Shown: piece by piece, positions 13,184 to 27,014 of the stretch
Layout: the number at the start of each line of letters is the position of its first letter
Numbering within the stretch: the first letter of the stretch is position 1
Assembly (NCBI GenBank): GCA_951406725.2
Contig: OX597814.1
Span: forward strand, 95,356,001-95,420,000
From: Octopus vulgaris
Taxonomy: Eukaryota
Direction of reading: 5' to 3'
Length of the DNA: 64,000 bases
The notes under the pieces: model-generated
Databases searched by the model: none
What the model was told of the DNA's origin: nothing
The model's input: only the letters and a program-made list of their open reading frames with translations
Made by a program: the position numbers and the translations under genes

Positions 13184-13759
13184 ACATAAACACACACTCA
13201 CACATATACACACACACATAAATGCATGCATTTATAGACATTTATACACACAGTCATTAACAGAGATAATTATATATAAACACAACATTGCATATCAAAA
13301 TATCTAAGAACGTTATGGAGTATCAAGACATTAGCCTACAGATAAACATCAGATAATATGTTAACTTATTACTAATAAGCTGATTTGAAGGGGGAAGCCG
13401 GCAGGCTCACACGTTTATTTATTTTCCATATCCATACCCCCTAAACCATATGGATTCAGTAGACAGATGTACAAGAGTAATTCACACAAACTCAGCTTGA
13501 GAGGAAATCAGAATACCACAGAGACACTTTAAGATATATTGGACATTCTTTACGCTGATATATGTACGAGTGACTACAGATGAAAAATGTCTTATACTAT
13601 ACATGCACACACACACACACACAAACACATAGATGCACTTGTATACATATATACTGATGTGTACTTGTGTGTGTGTGCGTGTGTGTGTGTGTGTACACAA
13701 AATGTGAAATGTGTGTATGTGCATGGGTATGTGTGTGTGATTTCCTAATATTATACTGA

Positions 13760-14024
<265 letters not shown>

Positions 14025-14240
14025 ACTTGATAGCGATACTTATAAAAATTATACTGTTACTTTGTACATGTGCACTCACATACATATTTGGGTCCAATAT
14101 TTTAGCTCTTCTAGGCGTGGCAATGTGGTATGAAGTTTGCTTCCCAACCACATAGTTCCAGGACGGTCCCACCGCATGACAACTTGTACAACAGTCTGCT
14201 AATATAGCCACTGGTTGATCAAAACCTTTTGAGTGACTTT

Positions 14241-14278
<38 letters not shown>

Positions 14279-14423
14279 TAAATACACACACATACACATA
14301 CATATACATATATGCATGTATATATATATATATATACACACACATGCACATGTTCTTTTATTCTTCTTCACATTTCTGTCATTTGAGTGCAGCCATGCTG
14401 GAGTACAACCTTTATACATACAT

Positions 14424-14459
<36 letters not shown>

Positions 14460-14461
14460 AC

Positions 14462-14492
<31 letters not shown>

Positions 14493-14611
14493 CATGAATA
14501 TATATATGTATACATGAATATATATATACAAATACATACATATATACATGTATATATATATACACATACATACAATATATATATATGAATCTATATATAT
14601 AAATATGAATC

Positions 14612-14642
<31 letters not shown>

Positions 14643-14695
14643 AATATATACACACACATACATACACACACACACACACACACATGTATAATATA

Positions 14696-15790
14696 CTAGC
14701 AGACATACCCGGCGATGCTTGGGATTTAAATGGCATAGTTTGTATGCATGGCACAGTTAAATCGAAACATGTGATATGGGGAAGCACAACATTGACGATA
14801 AAACATTTGTGGAGTAAATGAAGCACTAATTCGACTAGATTCCAGGCTCTAACTTTGTCATGGAAAAGTGGGTGGGGGATATGTGATTTCTGAATGCACC
14901 AAAAAGTTCTCAGTTGTGCCTGTTGGCGCTGCCGCTACCCCACTGAACGATCAGCAGGCATAAGAACTAGATCTATGTGATAAATTAAGCCTGTGGGCTA
15001 ATGCCTTGATATTCCATAACATTCTTAGCCTGTGGGCATGCTCAACAGCACCACATGAGAGAAATCTACATGAAAGAAATGACATGGTAAGGGGGCAGGA
15101 ATTGGCAAGGAAGCGCTTGGAAACAACACTGCCATGTGACATTTCGGTTTAGAATCAATAGTCATGGCTCAACCATGCACTCCTTCATGTAAACAGCATG
15201 CAGCCATTGTGGCCACAACTCAGCTCCCGAAACAATTCTGCATGCAGTGTCAGAGTATGCAAGGTCACATTAAGGACACGGTCTCTAACTAATGTGGTCA
15301 GGTCACATGGCATTTGGTTGCTGATGTGGTTGGGAATTAATAACCATGGCTCAATTGTGCACTCCTTCACATAAACAGTGACCATTGTGAGGTCAACTCA
15401 GCTCCCAACCAAAAACAACTTTGCATGCAATGTCAGGGTATGCAAGGTCATAATAAGGACACAGTCTCTAACTAATGTGGTTGGGTCACGTGGCGTTTGG
15501 TTGGGAATTAATAGTCATGGCTCAATTGTGCACTCCTTCACATAAACAGTGACCATTGTGAGGTCAACTCAGCTCCCAACCAAAAACAATTTTGCATGCA
15601 GTGTTTGGACATGCAAGATCACATTAAGGATACAGTCTCTAATTAATGTAGTTGGGTCTTAGACACCATAAACTAATAGGATAATGTACATGAAATATTT
15701 CGGTTTGTAATCAATAGCAGGAGAATATTTGTATGGGCTTCATCTATGCTTAGAAGGAAGACTTTGATACTGAAAGCTAAAAGAAAATAG
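14696..15790 (-). mobile_element. Helitron-like element with internal 171-182 bp tandem repeats
   Basis: Minus-strand 3' end cccaagcatcgccggg hairpin followed by tatgtctgCTAGt at 14696-14699; three repeat units with catggctcaa at 15163, 15345 and 15516; 5' end uncertain. Confidence 0.55.
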
Positions 15791-15834
15791 TTGAATAGTG
15801 TGTTTGTGTGTGTGTGTGCATGTGTGTGTGTGTG

Positions 15835-16140
15835 TGAAGACCTCCTTTGGTCACAAGTCACCATGGGATTATACCCAGAAAGTTCCCCTCTGGAGCACAA
15901 GTCCAAGAAAGGTTGTTTAGGGGAGTCCAGAAGTCACCCATGAATACCAGCCTCCCCTCTCCATACCACCAATATTGTCCAAAGGAAAGGCAACAACCAA
16001 TATAGCTCAGCACCAGTAACATCACCACTCATTTCTCTAGGTAAGTGAACTCAGCAACATGAAATAAAGAGACTTACTCAAGAACACAACACAGAACCCA
16101 GTCCAGGAATTGAACTCACAACCTCATGATTGTAATCCCA
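15835..16140 (-). mobile_element. SINE family B variant
   Basis: ctcaagaacacaac...ccaggaattgaactcac head region; 3' module shared with 33190-33385. Confidence 0.65.
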
Positions 16141-16182
16141 TTCTAAACAATTTTATGTGCATGTGTGTGTGTGTGTGTGTGT

Positions 16183-16213
<31 letters not shown>

Positions 16214-16526
16214 CATGGGTCTTTATGTCTGTGCTTCTCCCTTCTCACCACTTGAAACAAGTGTTGGTGTGTTTACATCCCCATAACTTAGTGGTTTGGT
16301 GAAAGAAACAAATAGAATAAGTACCGGGCTTCAAAAAGAAACAAGTACTGGGATTGATTTGCTCAACTAAAACTCTTCAAGGCAGTGCCCCAGCATGGCC
16401 ACAATCTAAATGACTAAAAGATAAAAAGACACTAACATATAACAAAGGATGTTAGGGAAAAAAATATATTTATACATGTAAATGTGTATGTGTCCAACCC
16501 ATGCCTGCATGGAAAATGCACGTTGA

Positions 16527-16571
<45 letters not shown>

Positions 16572-16653
16572 GTGATGATGATGGTGATGATGATGATGAT
16601 GATTAGATATATAGATAGAGGATGGGTGGGTGGATGGGTGATAGATAGATAGG

Positions 16654-16745
<92 letters not shown>
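16527..16745. repeat. (GAT)n tail of a short RTE 3' remnant followed by (GATA)n
   Basis: gtccaacccatgcctgcatggaaaatgcacgttgaa immediately precedes (GAT)n. Confidence 0.85.
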
Positions 16746-16746
<1 letters not shown>

Positions 16747-17276
16747 TGGAAGTAGGCTGATATGCAAATAAATAGATAAATAAACAGACAGATAAATATG
16801 TATATATCTTTTTCTTTTATTACTTTTTTGGCATAAGTCACTTGAATGTGTGGCCTTGCTGGGGTACTGCCTTAAATAGCTGGTCAATAATATTGATACC
16901 AGTAATTGTTTTGTTACAGTCTGGTACTTGTGTAAGCAATCATTATTTTTTTGAACCACTAAGTCATGAACTAAAAACAAATGTAAATATGAACAGAGAC
17001 AAATTACACACATGCACAAACATACACTTACACATATGCATACATGTGCATATACTGTACATACACACACACACATACACATATATATAATTACATGTAC
17101 TGCATACATATACTGTGTGCATATATATGTATATATATATATAAATATACACACAGGCACACACATATTTTACATACATACATATATGTATGTATATATA
17201 TATATATATATATACACACACAGACACACACATATTTATACATACATACATATATATATATGTATGTATGTATATA

Positions 17277-17330
<54 letters not shown>

Positions 17331-17429
17331 TACTCATATAAATATATGTGTATCATGCTAGCATGGAAAACGGATGCTAAATGATGATGATGATGTATGT
17401 ACTTATATAAACTTATGTATATATATATA

Positions 17430-17460
<31 letters not shown>

Positions 17461-17712
17461 ATAAATATACATGTGTGTATGTATGTATGTATATGAATAT
17501 GCACACACATACACATATATGTACACACATACACACACGTGTGTGTGTGTATATATATATATATATACACACACACATACATACACATACACATGTCAAT
17601 AATAATAATCCTTTTATCAACCTCAGTGGAATTTGAACTCAAAATGTAAGGATAAACGAAATGCTGCTAAATATTTTGCCTGGCATACTAACAATTTTGT
17701 CAGCTCACTATC

Positions 17713-17715
<3 letters not shown>

Positions 17716-17774
<59 letters not shown>

Positions 17775-18429
17775 GACAATGATAATACCAACTGTTTCTA
17801 GTTTAGGTATAAGGTCAGGAATTTTGAGAGAAATGGTTAGCTAATACCATCAACCCCAGCACTTTAGTTGATAACATAAGGTACCAACCCTGCTACCTTA
17901 CGTTATTAACCTTGAAAAAAAAGGAAGGTAATATTGGCCTTGTGAGATTTGAACTTTGATTGTAAAGTTTTGAAAGAAATACTGCAAGGCATTCTGTCCA
18001 ACATTCTAATATTTCTGCCATTCAATAATGATAATAATCCTTCCTACTATAGGCACAAAGCCTAAAATTTTGGGGGAAAGGGCTAGCTAATAACATTGAC
18101 CCCAGTGCTCAACTGGTACCTATTATCAACAGTGAAAGGATGAAAGACAAAGTCAACCTTGGTAGCATTTGAACTCAAAATGTTAAAACTGGAAGAAATG
18201 CCGCAAAGCATTTTGTTCCACAGTAATAATTTATAACATTAATACAAGACTATAAATTTTCAGAGAGGGGATAGTCAAATAGATCAACTTCAGTACTTGA
18301 GAATATTTATTTCCATCAACCCCAGAAAGATCCTGGTGGAATTTGAATCCAGAAAATCAAAAGAAATAATGCAAAGAATTAATAAAGTGTCATGCTTTTA
18401 CCTATTTCTGTCACTCAACTACAATTATC

Positions 18430-18480
<51 letters not shown>

Positions 18481-19135
18481 GACAATGATAATACCAACTG
18501 TTTCTAGTTTAGGTATAAGGTCAGGAATTTTGAGAGAAATGGTTAGCTAATACCATCAACCCCAGCACTTTAGTTGATAACATAAGGTACCAACCCTGCT
18601 ACCTTACATTATCAACCTTGAAAAAAAAGGAAGGTAATATTGGCCTTGGTGAGATTTGAACTTTGATTGTAAAGTTTTGAAAGAAATACTGCAAGGCATT
18701 CTGTCCAACATTCTAATATTTCTGCCATTCAATAATGATAATAATCCTTCCTACTATAGGCACAAAGCCTAAAATTTTGGGGAAAGGGCTAGCTAATAAC
18801 ATTGACCCCAGTGCTCAACTGGTACCTATTATCAACAGTGAAAGGATGAAAGACAAAGTCAACCTTGGTAGCATTTGAACTCAAAATGTTAAAACTGGAA
18901 GAAATGCCGCTAAGCATTTTGTTCCACAGTAATAATTTATAACGTTAATACAAGACTATAAATTTTCAGAGAGGGGATAGTCAAATAGATCAACTTCAGT
19001 ACTTGAGAATATTTATTTCCATCAACCCCAGAAAGATCCTGGTGGAATTTGAATCCAGAAAATCAAAAGAAATAATGCCAAGAATTAATAAAGTGTCATG
19101 CTTTTACCTATTTCTGTCACTCAACTACAATTCTC

Positions 19136-19170
<35 letters not shown>
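17716..19170. repeat. Tandem duplication, period about 706 bp
   Basis: 17774-18430 and 18480-19136 are nearly identical (fewer than ten differences seen), bounded by (AAT)n tracts. Confidence 0.95.
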
Positions 19171-19171
<1 letters not shown>

Positions 19172-19371
19172 CCGTTCTACTATAGGCACAAGGCCTGAAA
19201 TTTAGGGGCAGGGGACCAGTTGATTAGATCAACCCCCGTACACAACTGGTACTTAATTTATCGACCCTGAAAGGATGAAAGGCAAAGTCAACCTCGGTGG
19301 GAAATAAGGATGGGCGAAATGCTGATATGCATTTTGTCCAGCATGTTAATTGATTTTGCCAGCTTGCCACC

Positions 19372-19409
<38 letters not shown>

Positions 19410-19841
19410 CCTTTTTACCATAGGCACAAGGCCAGCAATTTTGTGGGAGTGTAAGTTGATTGTATTGAACCCAGTACTCAATTGGTACTTATTTTATCAA
19501 CTTTGAAAGGATGAAAGGCAAAACTGGCCTCAGCAGCATTTGAACTCAGAACATAATGCCAGAAGAAATGCTGCGAAGCAGTTTGTCCAGTGCATTAATG
19601 ATTCTACCAGCTCACCACCTTAATAATAATGACATACTAATAATAATTACAGTAATAATGTTTTGATATAGGCACCTAGACATGAGATTTCAGAGAATAG
19701 ATTAGTAATTAATTAACTGGTACTTTCATCCATCAGGTAAAGTTGACCATGGCAGTATTTCAACTCAGGACATAATGCCAGATTCTACCAGCTTGCTACC
19801 TTAATAATAATACAACAATAATTACATACAAAGACAGAAAG

Positions 19842-19894
19842 TGTCACTGAAGAGGTCACAGATGTGTGAATGTGTGACAAAAGATCTCCAGACA
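19842..19894 (+). ncRNA. Decayed minimal hammerhead-like motif
   Basis: CTGAAGA-g-gtcaca...tgtgac-aaaa (G12 lost)-GATC-TC-cagaca. Confidence 0.4.
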
Positions 19895-21679
19895 ACGGAC
19901 TTGAGTTAAAATAAGAATAGTAATAAGTCAGTGAGGAATAAATATATAGTGCATATTTTTACTAGGAGAAAAAAAATGACCATCCCAAAATACAACAATA
20001 ATAATTAAAGTTATAATGTTTTAATATAGGCACAGGACATGAGATTTGAGCGAGAGGGTTAGTCAATTAAACTGACCTCAGTAATTAACTGGTACTTTCA
20101 TAAGATAGGATGAAAGGCAAAAGTGACCTTGGCAGGATTTCAACTCAGAATGTAAAGAGCTGGAATAATTAGTATAAAGCATTTTCTCAAATACTAAATC
20201 AATTCTCTCTGATCCACAACAACAATAGATGCAGTTACAAAAACACAATTCCACATCCGTGAAATACAATGCTGCACATGCCCTAAAAAACCCTGAGGTG
20301 CAACAAGTAGTGCAACATGAAACGCGCATGTTTCTGTTGTAAACACATGATAGTGACAATAATATTAATAATAATGTGAATGTCGATCGTAAAGATTCTT
20401 AGACTGATACCAAATCACAAATGCTTAGAAGGCTGTATGAGTGTACCGGATCAACTCGATATGTATTTTATTGACGAAAGAGATGAAAGATAAAGTGAAC
20501 TCAGGCAAGATTTGAAATCAGGATAGTGAGGGAAAAGAAAAAACAAAACTGAAATATCAAAAAGCATATTTGTTTACTTCCTCATATTCCTGTTTCTGCC
20601 AGGCAACTTTCAATAACAATTTGATTTTATTCTACTCTACTTATTTACTTTTATGCAATAATCACAAAACAATTATAATGATTCACTTATGGTTTTGATT
20701 GTGGCACAAGGCCATCAATTTTAAGGGAGTTGGGTGGGCATTAGCTGATAACTATCAACCCATGTGCTAGACTGATACTTAACTTTATCGACCCCAGAGG
20801 GATGCAATGCAAAGTTGATTCTGGTGCAATTTAAACTGATTCACTAGTGATTACTGCCAATGGATCAACATGTTGAATTGACCCTCAGTTATAATTGCTG
20901 GTACTTGTTTGGGTTTTTTAACCTCCCCGAGATCAATATAAGTCAAAACACAGGATTTGAATTCAATATGTAACAGGGGCACAAAATTGGCACTTGGGGA
21001 CAAACTTTAACATGTATCCATTCATAATCCTCACTGATTAAATTTGGAAACAAATCAATGTTGCTGCTGCTACTACTACTACTACTAATAATAATAATAA
21101 TAATAATTATAGTAACGAGGATTTGTTTTATTTACTACAGGGGTGCTGATGGAGGTGACAAGATCACATAAAATGTATGGATGGTGGGGGTAGACAGACA
21201 TCAAATTAGGAAAAAGAAAATTAAATTCGATAAAAATAACAACAACAAACAATAATAACAAACCTAATAACAACAATAATGATTTTAACAATGATAATAA
21301 TGATGTTGCTTTTTATGGTCCATGCCACTTGTATAAAGCGTAACTTATCAGACAGTTACTGGAGATATTAATTTCCTTTTCCAGTTTCATTTTCATCTTT
21401 ATCATCTTCACCTCTCTTCAATAAGAACGTTTTGTTATAGTTGTTGTTGTTGTTTGTGTATGCATGTTTGTTTAAGTAGCATGAAGAAATAGCAAGGTAA
21501 TTTTCTAAACTACGAATATGAGTAAATAAAATTTGATACAAAATAAATACAAAAAAAAGCAATAGAAAGAAAAATGAAATACATATTTTTGTTATTTGGG
21601 AGGGTCATATTGCAAATAAACACACACACACATACACACACACACTGGTCATGGTAGTTCACAGAAGTTTTTTTTTTTC

Positions 21680-22729
21680 TTATTTTGCTTTTTTTTATTC
21701 ATTATTGTTATCTAATTAGTTTGTCATGAAATTTTCCATCACTCTAATGTAATTTTTCATTGAATTAAAAACAGAAAAATGACAAAATAATTAACAATAA
21801 AAAACTAAAACTGAAGTTAACTATAAACCATGCATGCATGTGTTCGTTGGCAATATGACTTTTCCAGAGCAGTACTACACTGATTTCAACACATGGTTTT
21901 GCAAAAAAAAAATTCTTGCAAAACGAATTTGCAAATGCAATATAAATCATAATAACACACATTAATATATATATATATCTATATATATATAGATATATAT
22001 ATATGCATATATATTATATAAAATAGATATGGATATATCCCACCTGGCAGTGTTGAAAAACATGATTGGTTAATTGGATTGGATTGGTAAACTTAATTGT
22101 TTAATTAATTAATTGCCCGGTCAACTGATTAATTGGTCGACTGAGTTGGTTTAATCTAATCAGCTGAGATAAGAAAAATGATGGGGAAAGAGAGATAAAA
22201 AACTTGTCCAAAGTGTCGGGCTAAAACCCCCGTTGTTCATTTGTTGCTCCGGGTGAGACAATGATTAAGATGATGCTAGCTGTCTGATAAATAGAACTGA
22301 AGCACTAATATTGGTAGCGGTGATGGTGGTGGTGACGACGATGGTGGCGACAGCGGCAGTGGTGGTGGTGGTGGTGGTGGTGGTGGTGCTAGTGACAGCA
22401 GCAGTGGTACTTCCAGAAGATTTGTACAGTTATACCGGTGCTGGTGTCGGCAGTGGCAGCAGTGGTAGCAGCAGAGGTGATGATGATGATGATGATGATA
22501 GTAGCAGTAGCAGTGGTGGCAGCAGCAGCAATGGTGATGGTGGTGAAGAAGGTGGTATAGATGGCTGGGTTATAGATAATGATGATAATAATGATGCTGG
22601 GTTGACAATGGATGGCATTGATGATGATGATGATGATGATGATGCTAGCAAAGACTGAGGTGGTGGTGGCGGTGGCAGTGGTGGTGGTGGTAGCAGTGAT
22701 GGAGGTGGTGATGGCAGTGGGTGCTGCAG
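21680..22729 (-). other. Putative 3' UTR with AATAAA at 21699-21694
   Basis: Transposon-free, trinucleotide-rich then U-rich on the minus strand; second AATAAA at 21132-21127. Confidence 0.35.
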
Positions 22730-22987
22730 TCAGCAGGATAGGAAAATGATGATGATAATGATGATGATGATGATGATGATGATGACCAAGCCCACAAGGA
22801 AGAGGGAAGGAGAATAATGAGAGGGAGGGGGTGAGGAGGTGGAGGAGGAAATTGAGGAGGAGGAGAAGGAGGAAGGGGAAAGGTTAATGATACTGATGGC
22901 ACTGTAGCTGCTGTTGCTTCTGTTGTTGCTGCTGCTGCTGCTTTGGGTGCTGATGCTGTTGTTGATTGGAGGACTACTGAAAACTAA
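22730..22987 (-). CDS. Candidate terminal coding exon: Ser/Asn-rich stalk plus hydrophobic C-terminus (GPI-signal or tail-anchor-like)
   Basis: Acceptors ctccattccttcag (exon start 22987) or ttttcag (start 22976); frame LVFSSPPINNSISTQSSSSSNNRSNSSYSA...YSPSLFLVGLVIIIIIIIIIIIIIFLSC*; lies in a SINE-free island with U-rich sequence downstream. Low complexity, no homology recognised. Confidence 0.4.
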   Translation of the reverse strand, partial: LVFSSPPINNSISTQSSSSSNNRSNSSYSAISIINLSPSSFSSSSISSSTSSPPPSHYSPSLFLVGLVIIIIIIIIIIIIIFLSC

Positions 22988-23840
22988 CTGAAGGAATGGA
23001 GCCCCCAGAGTTGGAATATATACACCAAACACACACACACACACACAGATACAGAGAGAGAGAAAAGTTGGTGATGGGAAGATAATGTAAGGAGAGAGGG
23101 GGAGAGGGAGGGAGGGAAAGACGACAGGTGGGAGGGGCGATGGAATATATATATATAGAGAGAGAGAGTGATATAAAAGAAGAGAGAAAGACAGATGAGC
23201 AGGCTGGGGAGTTGGAGGGGTAGGGGGAAGCAAGAATAGAAGGGAAGAATGGAAGGAGGGAGGGAGGGAGGGAAAGCAAGGAAGAGAAAAGGTATGAGAG
23301 GTGGAAGTAGGGGGGGGCTGTAAGAAGTAATAAATAATAATAACAACAATAATAATGATGATGATGATGATGATGATGATAGTAAGGAGAAGGAAAGGGT
23401 AAGCAGTGAGAGACGAGGAATGTGCCCATGTAGGAGGAATTATGAAAAGCATAAGTTGATATAAAAAAAAAGGAAATGAAAAACAAACAAAATTAGAGAA
23501 GGTGGAGGAAGAGGAGGTAAATTATTGCCAACGGGGTGGGGTGGGGGGACAAGAAGAGCAAGAGGTTGTCTTCATTTTCAATATATATATAGCAAATAAT
23601 ATGCGCCCATATGCAAATATATTCAAATACACACATACATACATGCGTGTATGTATGTAGAGAGAAACGAGAAGAGATGTGTGTGCGTGTGTGTGTGTGT
23701 GTGCGCACGCGTATTGGTGTACAGGTGTGAATGTGTGACTATTCTATAATATGCATGTGTGAATATGTGTGCAAATACATATATGCTTGTGTGTGCATAT
23801 GCATCTATGCATAAGTGTGTGTGTGTATATAGATAGATAG

Positions 23841-23892
<52 letters not shown>

Positions 23893-24178
23893 TGATAGAT
23901 ATACAGATACATATTATACATATATATGCATATATATATGTGTGTGAGTGAGTGTGTGTGTGTTTGCATGTGTGTATAATATATATATATGTGCATATCT
24001 ACGTACTTATATGTCTATGCATACAAACAAATATATATATATATATATATCATATATATAGAATGTGCAATACATACGTGTGTATGTATATATATATATA
24101 TATAAACACATACACACACACACATACATACACACACACATATATATATATGCATACATACATATATATACATATATA

Positions 24179-24215
<37 letters not shown>

Positions 24216-24812
24216 CATACATAGGTATGCATGCATGCATGTGTGTATATATGCATAAATATATGCATGTACATATATGCTATGAATAAATACATGTTTA
24301 TGGAAAGAAAGGAAGACAGACTGTCAAACAGACTGACAGTCAGACATATGCATCTTCAACTTTCAGACAACTTCTATACATTTGTCATGGCACAATAATT
24401 TATTATCCTTCCCAACAAACAAAAACTTTCTCCCCAATAATCTTCCTCCCCCACCTCTCTGCCCCACTCTCACTCTCTCTCTCTCTCTTTCTCTCCATTT
24501 CTCGCATTTCCAACTCATCCCATCCACCTACAACCCAACAGACACCTCTCCCCTCCTTCATTTTTTCCCCTCCTTGCTCAGGTCCAAACAGGATAATTCT
24601 ATTGTTTTATACTTTCTTTCAGCTTCTCCATTTTTGTTTCATTCCATTCTTTATCAATTATGAGTGTGCGTGTGTGCATGTGTATGCGTGTGTGTGTGTG
24701 TGTGTGTGTGTGTAAGGGAAGGTGTTATCTATTTTTTTTTAATATAATTGTTCTTGTACATTTTATTTTCTGACAATTTCAGAAATATTTCTTTAAGATA
24801 ATAGATATACAC

Positions 24813-24869
<57 letters not shown>

Positions 24870-24889
24870 TGTGTGTGTGTATTCTTTTA

Positions 24890-25300
24890 CTGTTTATTCT
24901 CTTACTTGTTTCAGTTATTTGACTGTGGCCATGCTGGACCACTGCCTTGCAGGGTTTTAATCGAACAAATCGATCCCAGGGTTTTTTTTAAAGCCTAGTA
25001 CTTATTTTCTCAGTCCTTTTTTCAAACTGTTAAGTAATGGGATGTAAACACACCAACACTGGTTGTCAAGCAGTGATGTGGGACAAACACTGACACAAAG
25101 ACACACACACACACATATATACATATCTATATACAGATAAGATGGGCTTCATTCAGTTTCCATCTACTAAATCCACTCACAAGGCATTGGATGGCCCAAG
25201 GCTATAGTAGAAGACACTTTCCCAAGATGCCACACAGTGGGAGTGGACCCAGAACCGTGTGATTGGGAAGCAAAATTTTTACCACACAGTTACACCTGCA
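24890..25300 (-). mobile_element. SINE family A (tRNA-derived, about 400 bp, internal microsatellite)
   Basis: Collinear with 40120-40530 and 61296-61735. Confidence 0.9.
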
Positions 25301-25424
25301 TCTATATATATATATATCAGTGTGTGTGTATATAGAAATCCCCATAAAATTCAACAAATCAGAATATAAATTCAACCATGTCATAGAATATTATATTTAA
25401 TACTTACTATTCATGTTCAAAATT

Positions 25425-25524
25425 GTCGACTACACATGTTTCATGAGGTTGTATACTATGTTCCTGAGACAAGCAGTCTCTTACAGAACTTCCCCTTATA
25501 TACAACCCCAATCTTCAGGTTCAC
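25425..25524 (-). ncRNA. Minimal type I hammerhead-like motif (degenerate), Penelope-like repeat context
   Basis: gtgaac-CTGAAGA-t-tggggttgtata...tatacaacctca-t-GAAA-CATGTG-TA-gtcgac; 12-bp stem II, U-U closing pair, weak stem I. Confidence 0.6.
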
Positions 25525-25819
25525 CTATCCCCCGTTTATAACTTTATCGATAATTATATATTCCAACTTAAAAGTATATCAAACTAACCAGATGTATAAA
25601 TTCCTAGTATGTCAAAACATATGGATGTGTAAAGAAATTCGTTGAACCCTGCAGTTTAAACCATAATTAATTAAGAATTAGATGTGAATTACACCTAAAA
25701 AAATATATATAAAGGAAAAATATATACGAATGAGAAAAAATATATATATATAAGATGATAATTCATTTTTGAATGCAGAAACACTGTCAGAACAGCAGAA
25801 ATATTGGGTGGTAAATTAC

Positions 25820-26020
25820 ATCTGGCACCTGTGCAGGTGGCACGTAAAAAGCACCCACTACACTCACGGAGTGGTTGGCGTTAGGAAGGGCATCCAGCTG
25901 TAGAAACATTGCCAGATTAGACTGGAGCCTGGTGCAGCCTTCTGGCTTCCCAGAACCCCGGTCGAACCGTCCAACCCATGCTAGCATGGAGAACGGACGT
26001 TAAACGATGATGATGATGAA
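25820..26020 (+). mobile_element. Young RTE LINE 3' UTR fragment
   Basis: gtggttggcgttaggaagggcatccagc...ggacgttaaacgatgatgatgat; close match to 62881-63075. Confidence 0.9.
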
Positions 26021-26685
26021 ATTTGTCAACAAACAACAATAGGATGTGAACCCACATCCCTTGAAGATTCCAGCCAAGTGCTTTACCAATGGCTGTTCCT
26101 TGACAAATTTTTCCACTTTGTAAGGGTAATTACCCAATATTTCTGCTGTTCTAATGGCGTTTCTGGGTTCCAAAGAACATAATCATTATATTTGTTTCTT
26201 ACAATACACATTTCAATGCTTATAAAAATCCAAATGTTAGTCTGTTTATATTTATATGCACATAGTTGTATGTATATATATATTTGCTTTCACTGTCCTG
26301 TTTTTGTTACCAGTTTTGACCCTCTGTAAAATCCCAAATTTCATTTAATTTGCTTTGTGGGAGCAACTGTTTTATCACAGGCGTATCTTGTCAATGAATT
26401 GCTCAAAATACAGATTAGAAAACAGCCGACAACTGATGAAGAGTCGTTCGTTATGTTACTTATCTTGTTTTCCATTTGTTTATTTCATTGTAGCAAAAAA
26501 AGTTTCATATTCCATGTATTCATATTTCGTATCTCATGTTTTCATTTTTTGTGATGTTGTGCCCACATATGCATATGTATATACATATAGATGTAAGTAT
26601 GTATATATACATATGTATATATGCATATATATGTATATATATATATACACACATACACAAATATATATATATACATCCACACATC

Positions 26686-26721
<36 letters not shown>

Positions 26722-26729
26722 TACATATA

Positions 26730-26962
26730 TATTTCTTTACTACCCACAAGGGGTTAAACACAGAGGGGACAAACAAGGACAGACAAAGGGATTAAGTTGA
26801 TTACATCAACCCCAGTGCGTAACTGGTACTTAATTTATCGACCCCAGAGGGATGAAAGGCAAAGTCGACCTCAGCGGAATTTGAACTCGGAATGTAACGG
26901 CAGACGAAATACGGCTACGCATTTCGCCCGGCGTGCTAACGTTTCTGCCAGCTCGCCGCCAT
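26730..26962 (-). mobile_element. SINE family C, young full-length copy
   Basis: Minus-strand head ggcggcgagctggcagaaacgttagcacg...gagttcaaattcc; near-identical to 39201-39432. Confidence 0.92.
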
Positions 26963-26982
26963 ACATATATATATGTAAACAC

Positions 26983-27009
<27 letters not shown>

Positions 27010-27014
<5 letters not shown>

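Larger units (their letters stand above)
17605..20980 (-). mobile_element. Head-to-tail array of about 14 family C SINE copies separated by (AAT)n
   Basis: Repeated units taggcacaagg...cccagt..aactggtactt...gaaaggatgaaaggcaaagt...atttgaactcag...tgccagct, all in one orientation and variably diverged. Confidence 0.85.

Noticed and set aside
17605-20980. CRISPR-like repeat-spacer appearance
   Set aside because: Eukaryotic SINE units of about 200 bp separated by microsatellites; no constant short repeat and no cas genes.
22311-22658. Plus-strand 115-aa ORF with poly-Val and acidic runs
   Set aside because: TTG start, pure trinucleotide-repeat content and no splice support; better explained as antisense of the minus-strand UTR-like sequence.
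26425-26470. CTGATGA motif as a further hammerhead (also 39678, 49717, 54657)
   Set aside because: No matching stem II, GAAA and UH elements could be found.
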